Assembly: GCA_043228905.1 (NCBI GenBank)
Contig: JBHGNT010000010.1
Coordinates: 11,470,001 to 11,534,000 of the forward strand
Direction of reading: 5' to 3'
From: Azolla caroliniana
Taxonomy: Eukaryota > Plantae > Polypodiophyta
DNA: 64,000 bases
The notes under the pieces are model-generated. The model was not told where the DNA came from. It was given only the letters and a program-made list of their open reading frames with translations, and did no database searches. The translations under genes were made by a program, and so were the position numbers. Below are positions 1 through 10,390 of this stretch, piece by piece (positions within the stretch are counted from its first letter, which is position 1; every line of letters starts with the position of its first letter).

Positions 1-4
1 GGAG

Positions 5-2515
5 GTGGTGATGCTTGGTCATGTGGTGTCTCAAGAAGGAATCAAAGTTGATAGTTCAAAGATTGAAGCAATTCAAAAGATGACAACACCCACGAGTATT
101 AAAGATTTGGAGGTATTTGTTCAAAAAGTTCGTTACTTTGAACGATTCATTCATATGTTGGCCCAAATTCTCTATCCTTTTCGCATTATTCTTCGCACCA
201 ACAACTTCTTGTGGACATCTACAACTGAAGAGCAATATGTAAGAATAAAAGAACTATTATGTAATGCTCCTATTCTAAAGCCACCTGATAGAACATCTAC
301 CTTCTTTCTTTCTCTTAGTGTTGGATCTCATGCTATAGGAGCCATTCTTATGCAACAAGATTCTGAAAATAGACTTATGCATCCTATATATTTTATTAGT
401 AAAGCCATGTCTGATGTAGAGAAAGAATTCTTAGAAGTAGAAAAGTGGATGTTAGCTCTTATATATGCTTGTAAAAAGTTTAGAAGCTTTCTACTACCTC
501 ATCATTTTGTAATAATCACTAGCATGTCATTACTCCCATATGTACTCCAACATGTGAGCATTTCAGCACGAATTGCTAAATGGGCTCTACTATTGGCGGA
601 GTTTGATTTTGAAGTCAAATTGGAATCAACTATGCGTGCCGAATTGGCGGATCTTCTCACCTTTAGAGAAACCTTTCATGAAGAAGACTTGGTAAAGCTA
701 CGAAAGGCACTTCCCGAGCCGGATATGGAGGATGCATTCACCTTATTCTTTGATGGGGCATTTCGCAAAGCCACAAACATAGCCGTGGGTGGGATTATTC
801 TCAAGGATCCTCAAGGAGACAGAGTAAAAAGTGAAGGTATTACATTAAGTGGTGTGAATTCAAATAATGAAGCGGAGTATGCTACCTTGTGTTATGGTCT
901 TCGTCTATGTAAAGCTATGAAGATAAAAAGATTAATTCTTAAGGGTGATTCCTTATTGGTAATTAAACAAATTCAAGGCAATTGGAAATGTCAAAGTGAT
1001 GGGCTTAGAAATTTTTATAAAGAAGCAATGAGTCTACTAAGGTCTTTTGAAAAGATACAGGTTAAGCATGTGGGGAGATTATACAATAAAGAAGCGGATG
1101 CATTAGCTCAAGCCCAATTAGATAAGATCAAGGAAGGTTTCGTTGGTGTTTTGGAGACGTGCAAAGATGTAGACTCCCTAGAGGAAGTACATAATTTTCT
1201 TAATAAAGGAGAGTTTCCAAATAACCTCAATGCCTTGCAAAGAAAGCGTTTGGTGGCAAAGGCTTCACAATATCATTTGGTGGGTGAAGATTTGTACAAC
1301 AAAGGGAAAGATGGAGTTTTACGAAGAGTTCCAAACAAAAGCGAGATTATAAAGATACTCTTTAAGTTGCATGAAGAAGTTTGTGGTGGGCATTTAGCCC
1401 ATGATATAATGATAAGAAAGATTTTACTAATTGGTTTTACATGGCCTACTATCCATAGGGATGTGCATGATTGGTGTAGATCTTGTGATGCATGTCAAAA
1501 AGCGGGAATAAGACATCTACAAAGTGGACCTTTACAACCCATTGTGGTGTTTGCTCCATTCGAGAAATGGGGAATTGATGCAGTAGGACCTCTTCCGAAA
1601 ACTCAACATGGTAAAGAGTTTATTTTGGTGGCCATTGACTACATGACAAAGTGGGTGGAAGCTATAGCAACTTCCTCGATTAAAGCCAAAGATGTAGCCC
1701 AATTTGTGTATAAGAATATTTGTACTAGATTTGGAGTTCCCATGGAGATTGTATCCGATCATGGACCCGGTTTTAGGAGTGAAATGTTAGCTTGTCTATT
1801 AAGCAAGTTGAAGATTAAGCATCGATATTCAACGCCTTATTATCCTCAAGCAAATGGTGCAGTTGAGAAAGTGAATGGGCTTATAGTGAAGAATTTGACA
1901 AAGTTAGTGCAAGACAAAGTAAGAACATGGGATAGGTATTTGGATGATACTCTTTGGGCTTATAGAGTTTCTTATAAATCCTCCACAGGTTTTACTCCTT
2001 TTTATTTGGTTTATGGAAAAGAAGCGTTACTTCCGATCGAACTTGAGATCAAAAGTAATAGACTAATGGAGGCATCGCATCGCTCAAAAGGAAATGATGT
2101 GATGAGTCGTTTAGCGAGCAACCATCTACTACAATATTCAAGAGAAGAAGCTGTGGAGCATTACTTAAATCAAGCAATGAAGAGAAAGGAGGCATATGAC
2201 AAAAAACACAAGGGCAACCACATTGAAGAAGGATCATTGGTTCTTAGGTATGATAATAGATATGATTATATTCAAGGACAAAAGCTTGATAATAAGTGGG
2301 AAGGACCCTTTGTGGTTCACAAAAAGTATGACAACGGAAGTTACCAATTGAAAGATGTGGATGGAGCACTTCATTCTTATCGAGTGAACGGATGGCGCCT
2401 TAAAAAGTATGTAACTCGGGGACCTACTTATATTCCCCAAGTTACTAATGATATTGTTGATACGGATGGATGGGAGCAAGAAGTGGACTTGTTTCCCCAT
2501 ACATTATTTTCTTAA
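5..2515 (+). CDS. Ty3/Gypsy pol, 5'-partial (RT end, RNase H, additional RNase HI-type domain aRH, integrase); Tat-type
   Basis: Open 836-aa frame with RT end (LGHVVSQEGIKVD), degenerate RH (AIGAILMQ...PIYFISK), a second RH (LFFDGA...NNEAEY...GDS...NKEADALA), HHCC (H-CGGH...CRSCDAC), rve core (WGIDAVGP, IVSDHG, YYPQANGAVE) and a GPF motif. Confidence 0.93.
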   Translation: MVMLGHVVSQEGIKVDSSKIEAIQKMTTPTSIKDLEVFVQKVRYFERFIHMLAQILYPFRIILRTNNFLWTSTTEEQYVRIKELLCNAPILKPPDRTSTFFLSLSVGSHAIGAILMQQDSENRLMHPIYFISKAMSDVEKEFLEVEKWMLALIYACKKFRSFLLPHHFVIITSMSLLPYVLQHVSISARIAKWALLLAEFDFEVKLESTMRAELADLLTFRETFHEEDLVKLRKALPEPDMEDAFTLFFDGAFRKATNIAVGGIILKDPQGDRVKSEGITLSGVNSNNEAEYATLCYGLRLCKAMKIKRLILKGDSLLVIKQIQGNWKCQSDGLRNFYKEAMSLLRSFEKIQVKHVGRLYNKEADALAQAQLDKIKEGFVGVLETCKDVDSLEEVHNFLNKGEFPNNLNALQRKRLVAKASQYHLVGEDLYNKGKDGVLRRVPNKSEIIKILFKLHEEVCGGHLAHDIMIRKILLIGFTWPTIHRDVHDWCRSCDACQKAGIRHLQSGPLQPIVVFAPFEKWGIDAVGPLPKTQHGKEFILVAIDYMTKWVEAIATSSIKAKDVAQFVYKNICTRFGVPMEIVSDHGPGFRSEMLACLLSKLKIKHRYSTPYYPQANGAVEKVNGLIVKNLTKLVQDKVRTWDRYLDDTLWAYRVSYKSSTGFTPFYLVYGKEALLPIELEIKSNRLMEASHRSKGNDVMSRLASNHLLQYSREEAVEHYLNQAMKRKEAYDKKHKGNHIEEGSLVLRYDNRYDYIQGQKLDNKWEGPFVVHKKYDNGSYQLKDVDGALHSYRVNGWRLKKYVTRGPTYIPQVTNDIVDTDGWEQEVDLFPHTLFS

Positions 2516-2776
2516 TAGTCCATATTGTAGACCCATCTTTCTCTCTATTAACAAAGAGGAAGATGGTAATAGTGATTATCTTTTTTATTTGTAGAGAATG
2601 TGAGGTTTTTCCTACCGATTAGCGGGGGTTTTACTCACATCTTTTTATTTTCTTTTTATTATATCTCTCTCATTGTCTATAGCCAAGAGATTGGCGAGAG
2701 AGCTTTTGTTTGTTAAGTACTGCCAATAAGTGCTTCGCCATAAATGGCTTAGCCTCTAACAAGGGGGAGGGCTAAA

Positions 2777-3524
2777 TGTGAAAGTGTTTTTAGAATCTAA
2801 GCCATTGAACATTAGGAGAATATAAAGTATAGATAATTCACCTTTTGAGGATAAGAACACGAACTAAGACCTTAGGGAAGAAGTCAAAAGTAAAAGTACG
2901 AGACCAAGAGAAAAGTAAAAAGAGAAAACGCAGACTATAAAAAACAGTAAAGATAGAATGGTCATAACTCCCTCGTTGTTTATCCAAATATCACGTTTAA
3001 ATATGGATTAGAAAGCTTGTAAAAAGAGCTTTCTATAGCTTTTTAAATCGCTTAATTTGGATATCGGATGAGGGAGATATGACGATTAGAAGGTCGATGT
3101 GTCATAGCTAAAAATAGGGAGATAAAAAGCTTCTAAAAATAGCATGAACGTGGATAAGAAGAGGAAGGTTATAAAAGAAGAAGTGATATTAGTGAGATAG
3201 GGGGCTAAGAAAAAAGGCAAAAGAGTGGATGAGGAGTGTTAGGAAGAAGTGTCTTTGTTAGGAAGAAGTGTCTTAGAAGAGGAAGGTCTTTGGTTTTAGT
3301 TCAATGTGGAGTTTGTCTCCTTTGTATTCTCTTGATGTTGGAATATCAGAACATTCTTATTTCTTGCTCGCTTTCTCTATCTTTTTTCTTAGTTTCTTGA
3401 GTTATACTCTCTAATCATAATTACTTAGAGCTATATAATATATTATGATTTTCAACTCCATCTAATCGGTTTGGTCAAGCCCTCATATAGTGTATAACTA
3501 TCTATTATCTTATACACCCTATCA
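2777..3524 (+). repeat. 3' LTR of the Tat-type Gypsy element
   Basis: PPT AAGGGGGAGGG at 2761-2771, TG at 2777, CA at 3523-3524, after which Copia RNase H coding sequence (LGSAAVVWSSKKQ) begins; the partner LTR lies outside the window. Confidence 0.75.
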
Positions 3525-4870
3525 CCTAGGTAGCGCGGCTGTTGTGTGGAGCAGCAAGAAGCAGCCAACAATTGCTCTGTCAAGCATTGAGGCTGAGTAT
3601 CGGGGCGCTACCATTGCCACCTGTGAAGCCATTTGGCTTCGGCGACTACTACAAGACCTACGGATCGAGGTACCGACCCCGATTCTAGTCTACTGCGACA
3701 ACATAAGCAGCATGCAACTCGCCAAGAACCCCGTATTCCTTGCTCGCACAAAGCACATAGAAGTGCACTATCACTTCGTGCGTGAGCGTGTCCTGAGCGG
3801 TGAGGCTGAACTTCGGTATGTTCACACGGATCAACAAGTTGCCGACATCTTCACCAAACCACTCGGATCGGACAAGTTGCAACACTTCACTGAAATGCTT
3901 GGTCTTCAACATCTCGACGTGCCACACTTGAGGGGGAGAACGGGCAAAGCGGGCAAAGGCAAAGAGACTGTTGATTGCGCCGGTGAGGGAAGAATAGAAG
4001 GCGGTAGAGTCAAGAAGGACAAAGCCAATCGAAGGAAGAAGGCCAAGACCCGGACATGGTCCGATGTGGTGAAGGGCTTGGAACCAGAAGACGAATCGGG
4101 AGCAACTGATTCGGACAAGAGCTGGAACGAATCGGAGACAGTCGAATCGGTTCAACAGACAGATTCGGAAGAACCGGATCAATTCAAGGCCAAGCAGACA
4201 CGGATGCAGTGGAAGTCGATGCCATCGCGGAGGAACCGACGGATCGATAAGCGCCGGAGACATAGCAGGGAAGGAGCTGAGAGGGGCCTATTGAGCAGAC
4301 ATACCGACCGTGAAGGTCGAAGCGCGCAGAACAAGAGGGGTTGCGGCAAACAGAACTGGACCGGACGAGGAGCGCGAGCAAGGCGGAGCGACACCAGGAG
4401 AAGTCGGTTGGAAGAACCGACTACCACAGAGACTGACACTAGGATCCAACCTCAAGTTGAGCTTGAGGGGGAGTGTTGAGCGGCAAGCTCAACTGGAGCC
4501 GGATCGGCTGGCTGAATAAGCCTGAGCCGGCAAGAGAGACGGATCGGTAAGCCGTGAGCAACCGAGCCGGCAAGCAACAGAGCCGGTGAGCCGGTTAGCC
4601 GGATCCAATCGGTAACTGATAGCCTAGTATTAGTTTAGACTACTAGGCAATCATAGTCTCGTAGTAAGTGTCAGAAGCTCGTGTGAGCATTGAAGTACGC
4701 GGTACTTCTGTCAGTCCCACGAGGACTTGTATAAATAGTGCTACTGAGCACAGTTGTATGGGACAGAGTGATTATATCGTTTTTGAATATAGCTTTTACG
4801 TTCTACTCTCTTTGTCTCTCCTGTGTACTCTGTGTATTCTCTGCTTTCTCTGTTTTCTAACCCTTCCGTA
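3525..4870 (+). mobile_element. 3' end of a Copia element (family of 36570-42257): RNase H, charged C-terminal tail, PPT and partial 3' LTR from 4474
   Basis: WSSKKQPTIALSS.EAEY, YCDN, RTKHIEVHYHF and ADIFTK motifs; GAGGGGGAG-TGTTGAG boundary at 4465-4480; LTR start resembles that of 36570-36998 (-); right end approximate. Confidence 0.85.
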
Positions 4871-5234
4871 AGTAATCATTCACAATAAACAAGTTAGCTT
4901 GTTGGTGAAGAGGCTCGTGTTTCCAAGTTCGAGTGAAGGGTTCAAACCAAGAGTCGGTAGAGAAAGGGTTCATCTTGTTATGAAGTATTGTAATGTTGGT
5001 AAAAACTTGTTCTCTTAATATAAATCATGTTCATATCTTATACTCTTTCTTCTTAAATTATACATTCTCTCTATCTTTTATCTATGCTCATCTCTCTCTC
5101 ACACATTACTTTAAACTCTTATTCTTTTTATCCTTAATCTTCCTAACATTTGTGCGCAAAGCCTTATAAAAGTTTCGTCAACTCCCTTTAACCTTAGTCT
5201 CTGCAACTTCGCCGCACGAACCACAACTACCCCG

Positions 5235-5466
5235 ATAGCGTCCAACTTGTCGGTTGTCAACACCTTGGTCAACATATCTGACCCGTTCTCCTCCGCGTGG
5301 ATCTTCGTCAGCACAAACTCTTGATCTTCTACTCTCTCCCGAATCCAGTGGTACCTACACTGGATATGTTTCGTCCGAGAATGGTAAGCCACGTTCTTTG
5401 CAAGGTGGATAACACTTTGACTATTGCAATAGAGCCGGTATTCCTCCTATTGGATCCCTAGCTCTC
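5235..5466 (-). pseudogene. Copia RNase H fragment
   Basis: YHSRTKHIQCRYHWIRERV...ENGSDMLTK on the minus strand. Confidence 0.8.
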
Positions 5467-7504
5467 CTTGTGTTATAAAAGGGGGGGGGGGTTCCTTCTT
5501 TCTAAGAAGCAGAGGATGGTGCCGAACAAAAAAGGAGCTCGCTCATCCATTCTCTGCGGGACCTCTACGACCAACCTCTGGAAGGAACCCTCGGCTCGCG
5601 TCAAACGCCCGTGCGCTCCCGACTAGAGGTCCTCTTTTTCCTTTGTTTGTTCTAGAGCTCGAAGCTCTATTCCCGGCTCTGACCGGTTGTATCCCTTGCG
5701 CTTCACGCGTGCGTCCTAACTACCAATGATAACATATTTCGTTGTTTGTGTTGTCTTTCTATTGTGTTGTTCTTGTGTTGCCATTCTCTCGTACTACATT
5801 GAGTCTAACACCTACGACCACCTCCTTCGTACCCCTCTTTGTCGGTTCGCGGTGTTTGTGTGTACGCAACTCGCAAGCCCCTTCCTCTTTTATCGATTCC
5901 TTGGTCCTGCCCCGTTTCTAGCATCCACGTGGAATACCGTGACATCTTTGGTGAACTTGATGTGAAGGGCGGCAAAGGAATCTCAAGATGAGAGAGAGCG
6001 AACTCGCTGAAGCAATGGCGGTGGTTGTAGACTGCCTGGTTAGCGCTCGTGAGGGCATGAGCGCCCTTGATAGGGCCATAGAGGCGACGATCGACAAGAT
6101 AGGCCGGTTCGGTGGGAGAGATGCCATGAGTTACCTGGAGGCCTACCAGTCCGAGATGCAGATGAGGAACATTCTGGAGGATAGACGGTTGACCGGGTTT
6201 CCTCAAGTCGTGACGCCGAGCATCCACGCAGAAGTGCTCGAAGTACAAGCGGGTTGCCGAGATTGGGCGGACTTCGCGGAGCGGATTCTTGAATGGTATG
6301 GTTTCGATGACTCGTTCTGGCTGACGAAGAAGGCTTTCATGGATCGGTGCTCCTTCAAGAGTTTGAGTCGCGGTTCGTGCGGCTCTCCACACTGGACCGG
6401 ACCGTGCTTGATACAAGCAAGGTCTTGCTCTTTGTTAAATCGTTCGACTTGCTCGACCGCGATAATGTGGGTCTCCTTTTAGAGACGAACGATGGACTCA
6501 TGATCGACTGGGACATGGTCAAAGGGGTGTGTAGCAGGATTGACAAGCGTAGATATTGGAAAGAAAGGGGGTCCTCGACAGTCGGACCGACTGTCGAAAT
6601 GAGGGCCGAGCCGGCACCAACTTGAGCATAAGAAACGAGAAGGTGGCTCGAGTCAGGCCCGGCCCCGACGAACGTAGTCGCGGACCATCCGGGGGCGCAG
6701 CTCTAGAAGAGCTAACAAAAATGGTGCGCGATCTCCAGATCGCTTAGGCCCGAAGGGGCGACGGAGGCCAACCTCGTGACCAGCGGCCGCCGGCCAACCA
6801 AAGGTGCATATGGTGTGATGCCCTCGGCCATGCCTGGAGAGATTGTGCCGACTTCGGCAAAGCACTCACGAGCAACATGGTGTACCTTTGGAATGGTAGG
6901 TTGCACGCAAGCGACACACGGAGAATGCTCGAAGTAAACACCGAATGAGGCGGCATGAAGAGGTTGATGGAGGAAGCCACGACACGACACGTTGAGACCA
7001 TCCACTACTCGGCCTCGACCGGCATTCGCGTAGGTGGAAAGGCAGTTAACGCCGATACAAGGCCCGGGTTTTGGCCGGTGGTACAGGAAACCTTCTCCAA
7101 AAGGAGGTTGAAGAAGGAAGAAAATGACCATGCGAAAATCCGAGTACGCAATGTCACTGGATGGGGCGATCCGGTTGAGGAAAGTATCGGCTTTGTGGAA
7201 GCCGCGTGCCAGAACTACGAGGTTCTGGTCGACGATAAGCGGGTCGGAAAAAAAAATGGAGGGGCGGGCCCTTCGGGGAGGTATGCCACCCGGAGCGGAC
7301 CCATTCAAGAGAAGGCCAAGGTCTCGAGCTTCCGGTTAAGCTTGGAAATCAAGAAAACAACGGACCTGTGAAAGGTCCTGGAGGAGCGAGTCCTCGATAG
7401 TCGCGTAGAACTCACACTGAGAGAAGTGCTAGGCATAGCAAGGAGAGAGTTCCACGATAACATCGTGGATCTCGTAAAAAGGAAGCGTCTCGCGACGGAG
7501 CTGG

Positions 7505-8737
7505 TGTCGTGAAAAATCCGTCACTACGTGCGGATCATGAAGCGGAACCGCCAGGGTTCTGGACTAGAAGGATTCGAAGTTTGCACTAGCTTTAGCGAGA
7601 AAGTAATTAAGATAGATTGAAAGAGAGAGAGATTGAGATAAGATAGAATGCTTGACTTTAGATGAGAGAGATTGAAATGGAGAGAGAGCTTAAGATTGAA
7701 CTCTTAACTTTAGATTTGAAGAGCAAGATATATCATCAATTGGATAACGAATTTTCTTCTCTTTTATTATTATTATTAAATTCTTGATTAATACATCGCT
7801 CCCCTTTTGATCTTTTTCATCCACTCTTTTATAGATGACCCCATGCATATGATGCATGTGAGGGTACATGACATGCATACAATGCATGTGATGCATGTTT
7901 GCCATTTGGCGCTCATGCATTACATGTGATGCATGATAACCATGTCACTCAATCAAGCTTTAATATGAGAATTTACATGTAAAAGTATAATGATGCATGT
8001 TTGCCATTTGGCGCTCATGCATTACATGTGATGCATGATAACCATGTCACTCAATCAAGCTTTAATATGGGAATTTACATGTAAAAGTATAATGATGCAT
8101 GTTTGCCATTTGCCATTGGAGGTGTAGGGTTCAAGCCTTGCTTACATCCCTTTGCATACAAATTCTTACTAGGTTTTTTAGTTTAGATGATTTTTGTTTG
8201 TTTCACACCGAAACCATCGCGATAAACCTATTCGATCGATTGATCCATTCGGTCCGGTGATCCGGTCTATCCGGTTCAGTTCCGGTGTCGGTCGCAATTT
8301 GGTCGCCGTCGCCGTCCCGGTTCCGGTCCTGGTTCCGTCGTCGTTCGCCCGGTTCGGTCCTCCAAAACCATTACGAGTAGTTAAGCCACAGTTTAGCCCA
8401 AGAACATTCTGTGCTCCACACATAAACAAATAATAAGTTTTGGTTCTGCTTATATACTGTGGGATCTTGATTTCTCTTATCTATGTGGGATATCTCATAG
8501 TTTTGTTTTTCTCTTCTCAAACTTCACATTCACATAACTTGACATTTAGTTGTCCGTTTCAAATGTAGTAAAGTACATTCGGAAGCTCTTGAAGACCTCC
8601 ATCTTCTCGTACCAAGATATTAAGCTAATCTAAAATAGTATCTTCACTATTATTGTTTCATTTCTTGTGTGAAGAACCACAATCGATTTTATACATTCCA
8701 TGCAATTTTCACACTATTGTCGAAAATCTTTATGACA
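7505..8737. mobile_element. Solo LTR (TGTCGTGAA...TTATGACA) with a 4-bp TSD
   Basis: Terminal TG...CA, flanks CTGG/TTGG; removing it restores host codons GAG CTG GAA CCA GAG. Confidence 0.8.
7889..8111. repeat. 102-bp tandem duplication (about 2.2 copies) inside the solo LTR
   Basis: TGATGCATGTTTGCCATTTG recurs at 7889, 7991 and 8093. Confidence 0.9.
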
Positions 8738-10390
8738 TTGGAACCAGAGAAACCGGTTTAGGTAAGGGCGGTGCTCCTGGACGAAGTAGCCACGGAGGAT
8801 GAGCTTGCGGAAAGACATTATACAAGGCCGCACTAGGCAAGAGCAATGACGGAAACCCCGGTTCATATCGAGGATGTGAAGGAATTGATGGTAGCGTTGA
8901 TTGACCACGATGTCCATGGACTTCTACAAGAAGGGGAAATGGCCAATCAACACCAAGCATGGCTGGAAGATATGCGCGGCTACGAAGGCCACGGAAGAGT
9001 TTCATGGGGCATGTCCAAATGTCAGAGTAAATGTTGAGGACGTCGAGATAGACCAACACTTTTTTGTGCAAGAGACGTCTTCCCATCACGTCATCCTCAA
9101 CGAGCCATACATCACGTTACGCTTCATTTAGAACTTGCAGCCAGTCAATAAGGTGACCATTCGCAATACAGGAGTCGGGGCCGTTAATCGACGAGTTTGC
9201 GGAAGCCTTCGTCGGGAGGTCCATATACTCGGTCAGAGACCTATACTCGGGGTACAATCAATTCCAGCTAACCGTTGAAAGCAGGGACATCACAACGATG
9301 CGAACCCCTCTCGACCTAGTTTAGATGTGTACCCAACCGCGAGGAGGGACCAACTCAGTGGCACACATGGTGAATGCGATGAACAAAGTACTGAGGGACT
9401 GCATCCCAGACATCATCATGCTGTTCTTGGACGACATCCTGATCAAGGGATGTCCGGTGGAAGATAAGGATGAATCGGTCAGGCTGGACGGATGCCGGAG
9501 GTTCATGGCGGACCACATCGATGACTGCGAGAAGGTACTACGGAGGCTCGAGATGCACGACTCACCTTCTCCGGACAGAATTCAACTTTTAGGCAATTCG
9601 AAATCTTAGTGGTCGGCCACTTGTGCGGGCCATATGGTTGAAGGTCGTCCCCGGAAAAGGTAGAGGCCATCTCAATAATGAAAGAAGTGTGTGGATCCTT
9701 CACGGAGGTCCGATGCTTCTTGGGAGCATGCGCCTTTTACCACATTTGGATACCACACTATGTGCATGTTGCCGAGCCACTCTACGGCTTGCTGAAGAAA
9801 GGCAGGAATTTCGAATGGGCCGAAGAGCACACAGAGGCGATCTAGAGACTAAAACAAAAGCTTACAACTGCATTGGCTTTACGGAGAGCTGTGTACAAAC
9901 CAGACACTCCAGTTTACATCATGGTAGACACCAGCCCGACCGAAATCGAAAGGGTTGTAAATTTTGGCACACGTTTCCCCATCCGGTTCGGCGCGAAGGT
10001 ATTGAGCGAGCGATAGTGAGGATACGCCTAGGTCAAGCGCAAACTATGTGGTATCGTTTCTACACTTAAGGTCGACAATGACTACTTAATCGGGACAGGA
10101 GTGATTGTAGAAACGGACTACCTACCGATCCTCGGTATGGTTTCGAGGTGCGCAACTCCTGACTTGGCCATGCTCAGATGGATTACGTACATCAAGTCCC
10201 TGAACCTGGAAATACGACACATTTTGGGAAAAGACAATGCCATGGCCGATATGCTTTCTAGAGCGAGGTTCGAGAACGAGGAAGACATGGTGTCGGAAGA
10301 CAAAGAGATCAGCGCGAACTTCTTCAAATCAACACAGATGAAGGTAAATAGGCGAAGCACTCTGCCCCTGAATGAGTTCGATGAGGACAA

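Larger units (their letters stand above)
5464..10390 (+). mobile_element. Decayed tRNA-Trp-primed Gypsy element: truncated 5' LTR (5464-5944), PBS, gag (about 5988-7504), PR/RT/RH remnants (about 8738-10390)
   Basis: LTR ends ...GTGACA at 5944; degenerate PBS TGGTGAACTTGATGTGAA at 5949-5966; gag with a CxxC-GH-C knuckle near 6805-6850; RT motifs (GTNSVAHM, FLDDI.IKG); RH (VETD, H..GKDN.MADMLSR); many stops and frameshifts. Confidence 0.8.

Noticed and set aside
4870-5234. Unassigned segment with a GTTCGAG/GTTCAAA B-box-like motif (possible tRNA or SINE)
   Set aside because: No cloverleaf or convincing A-box; more likely an LTR remnant
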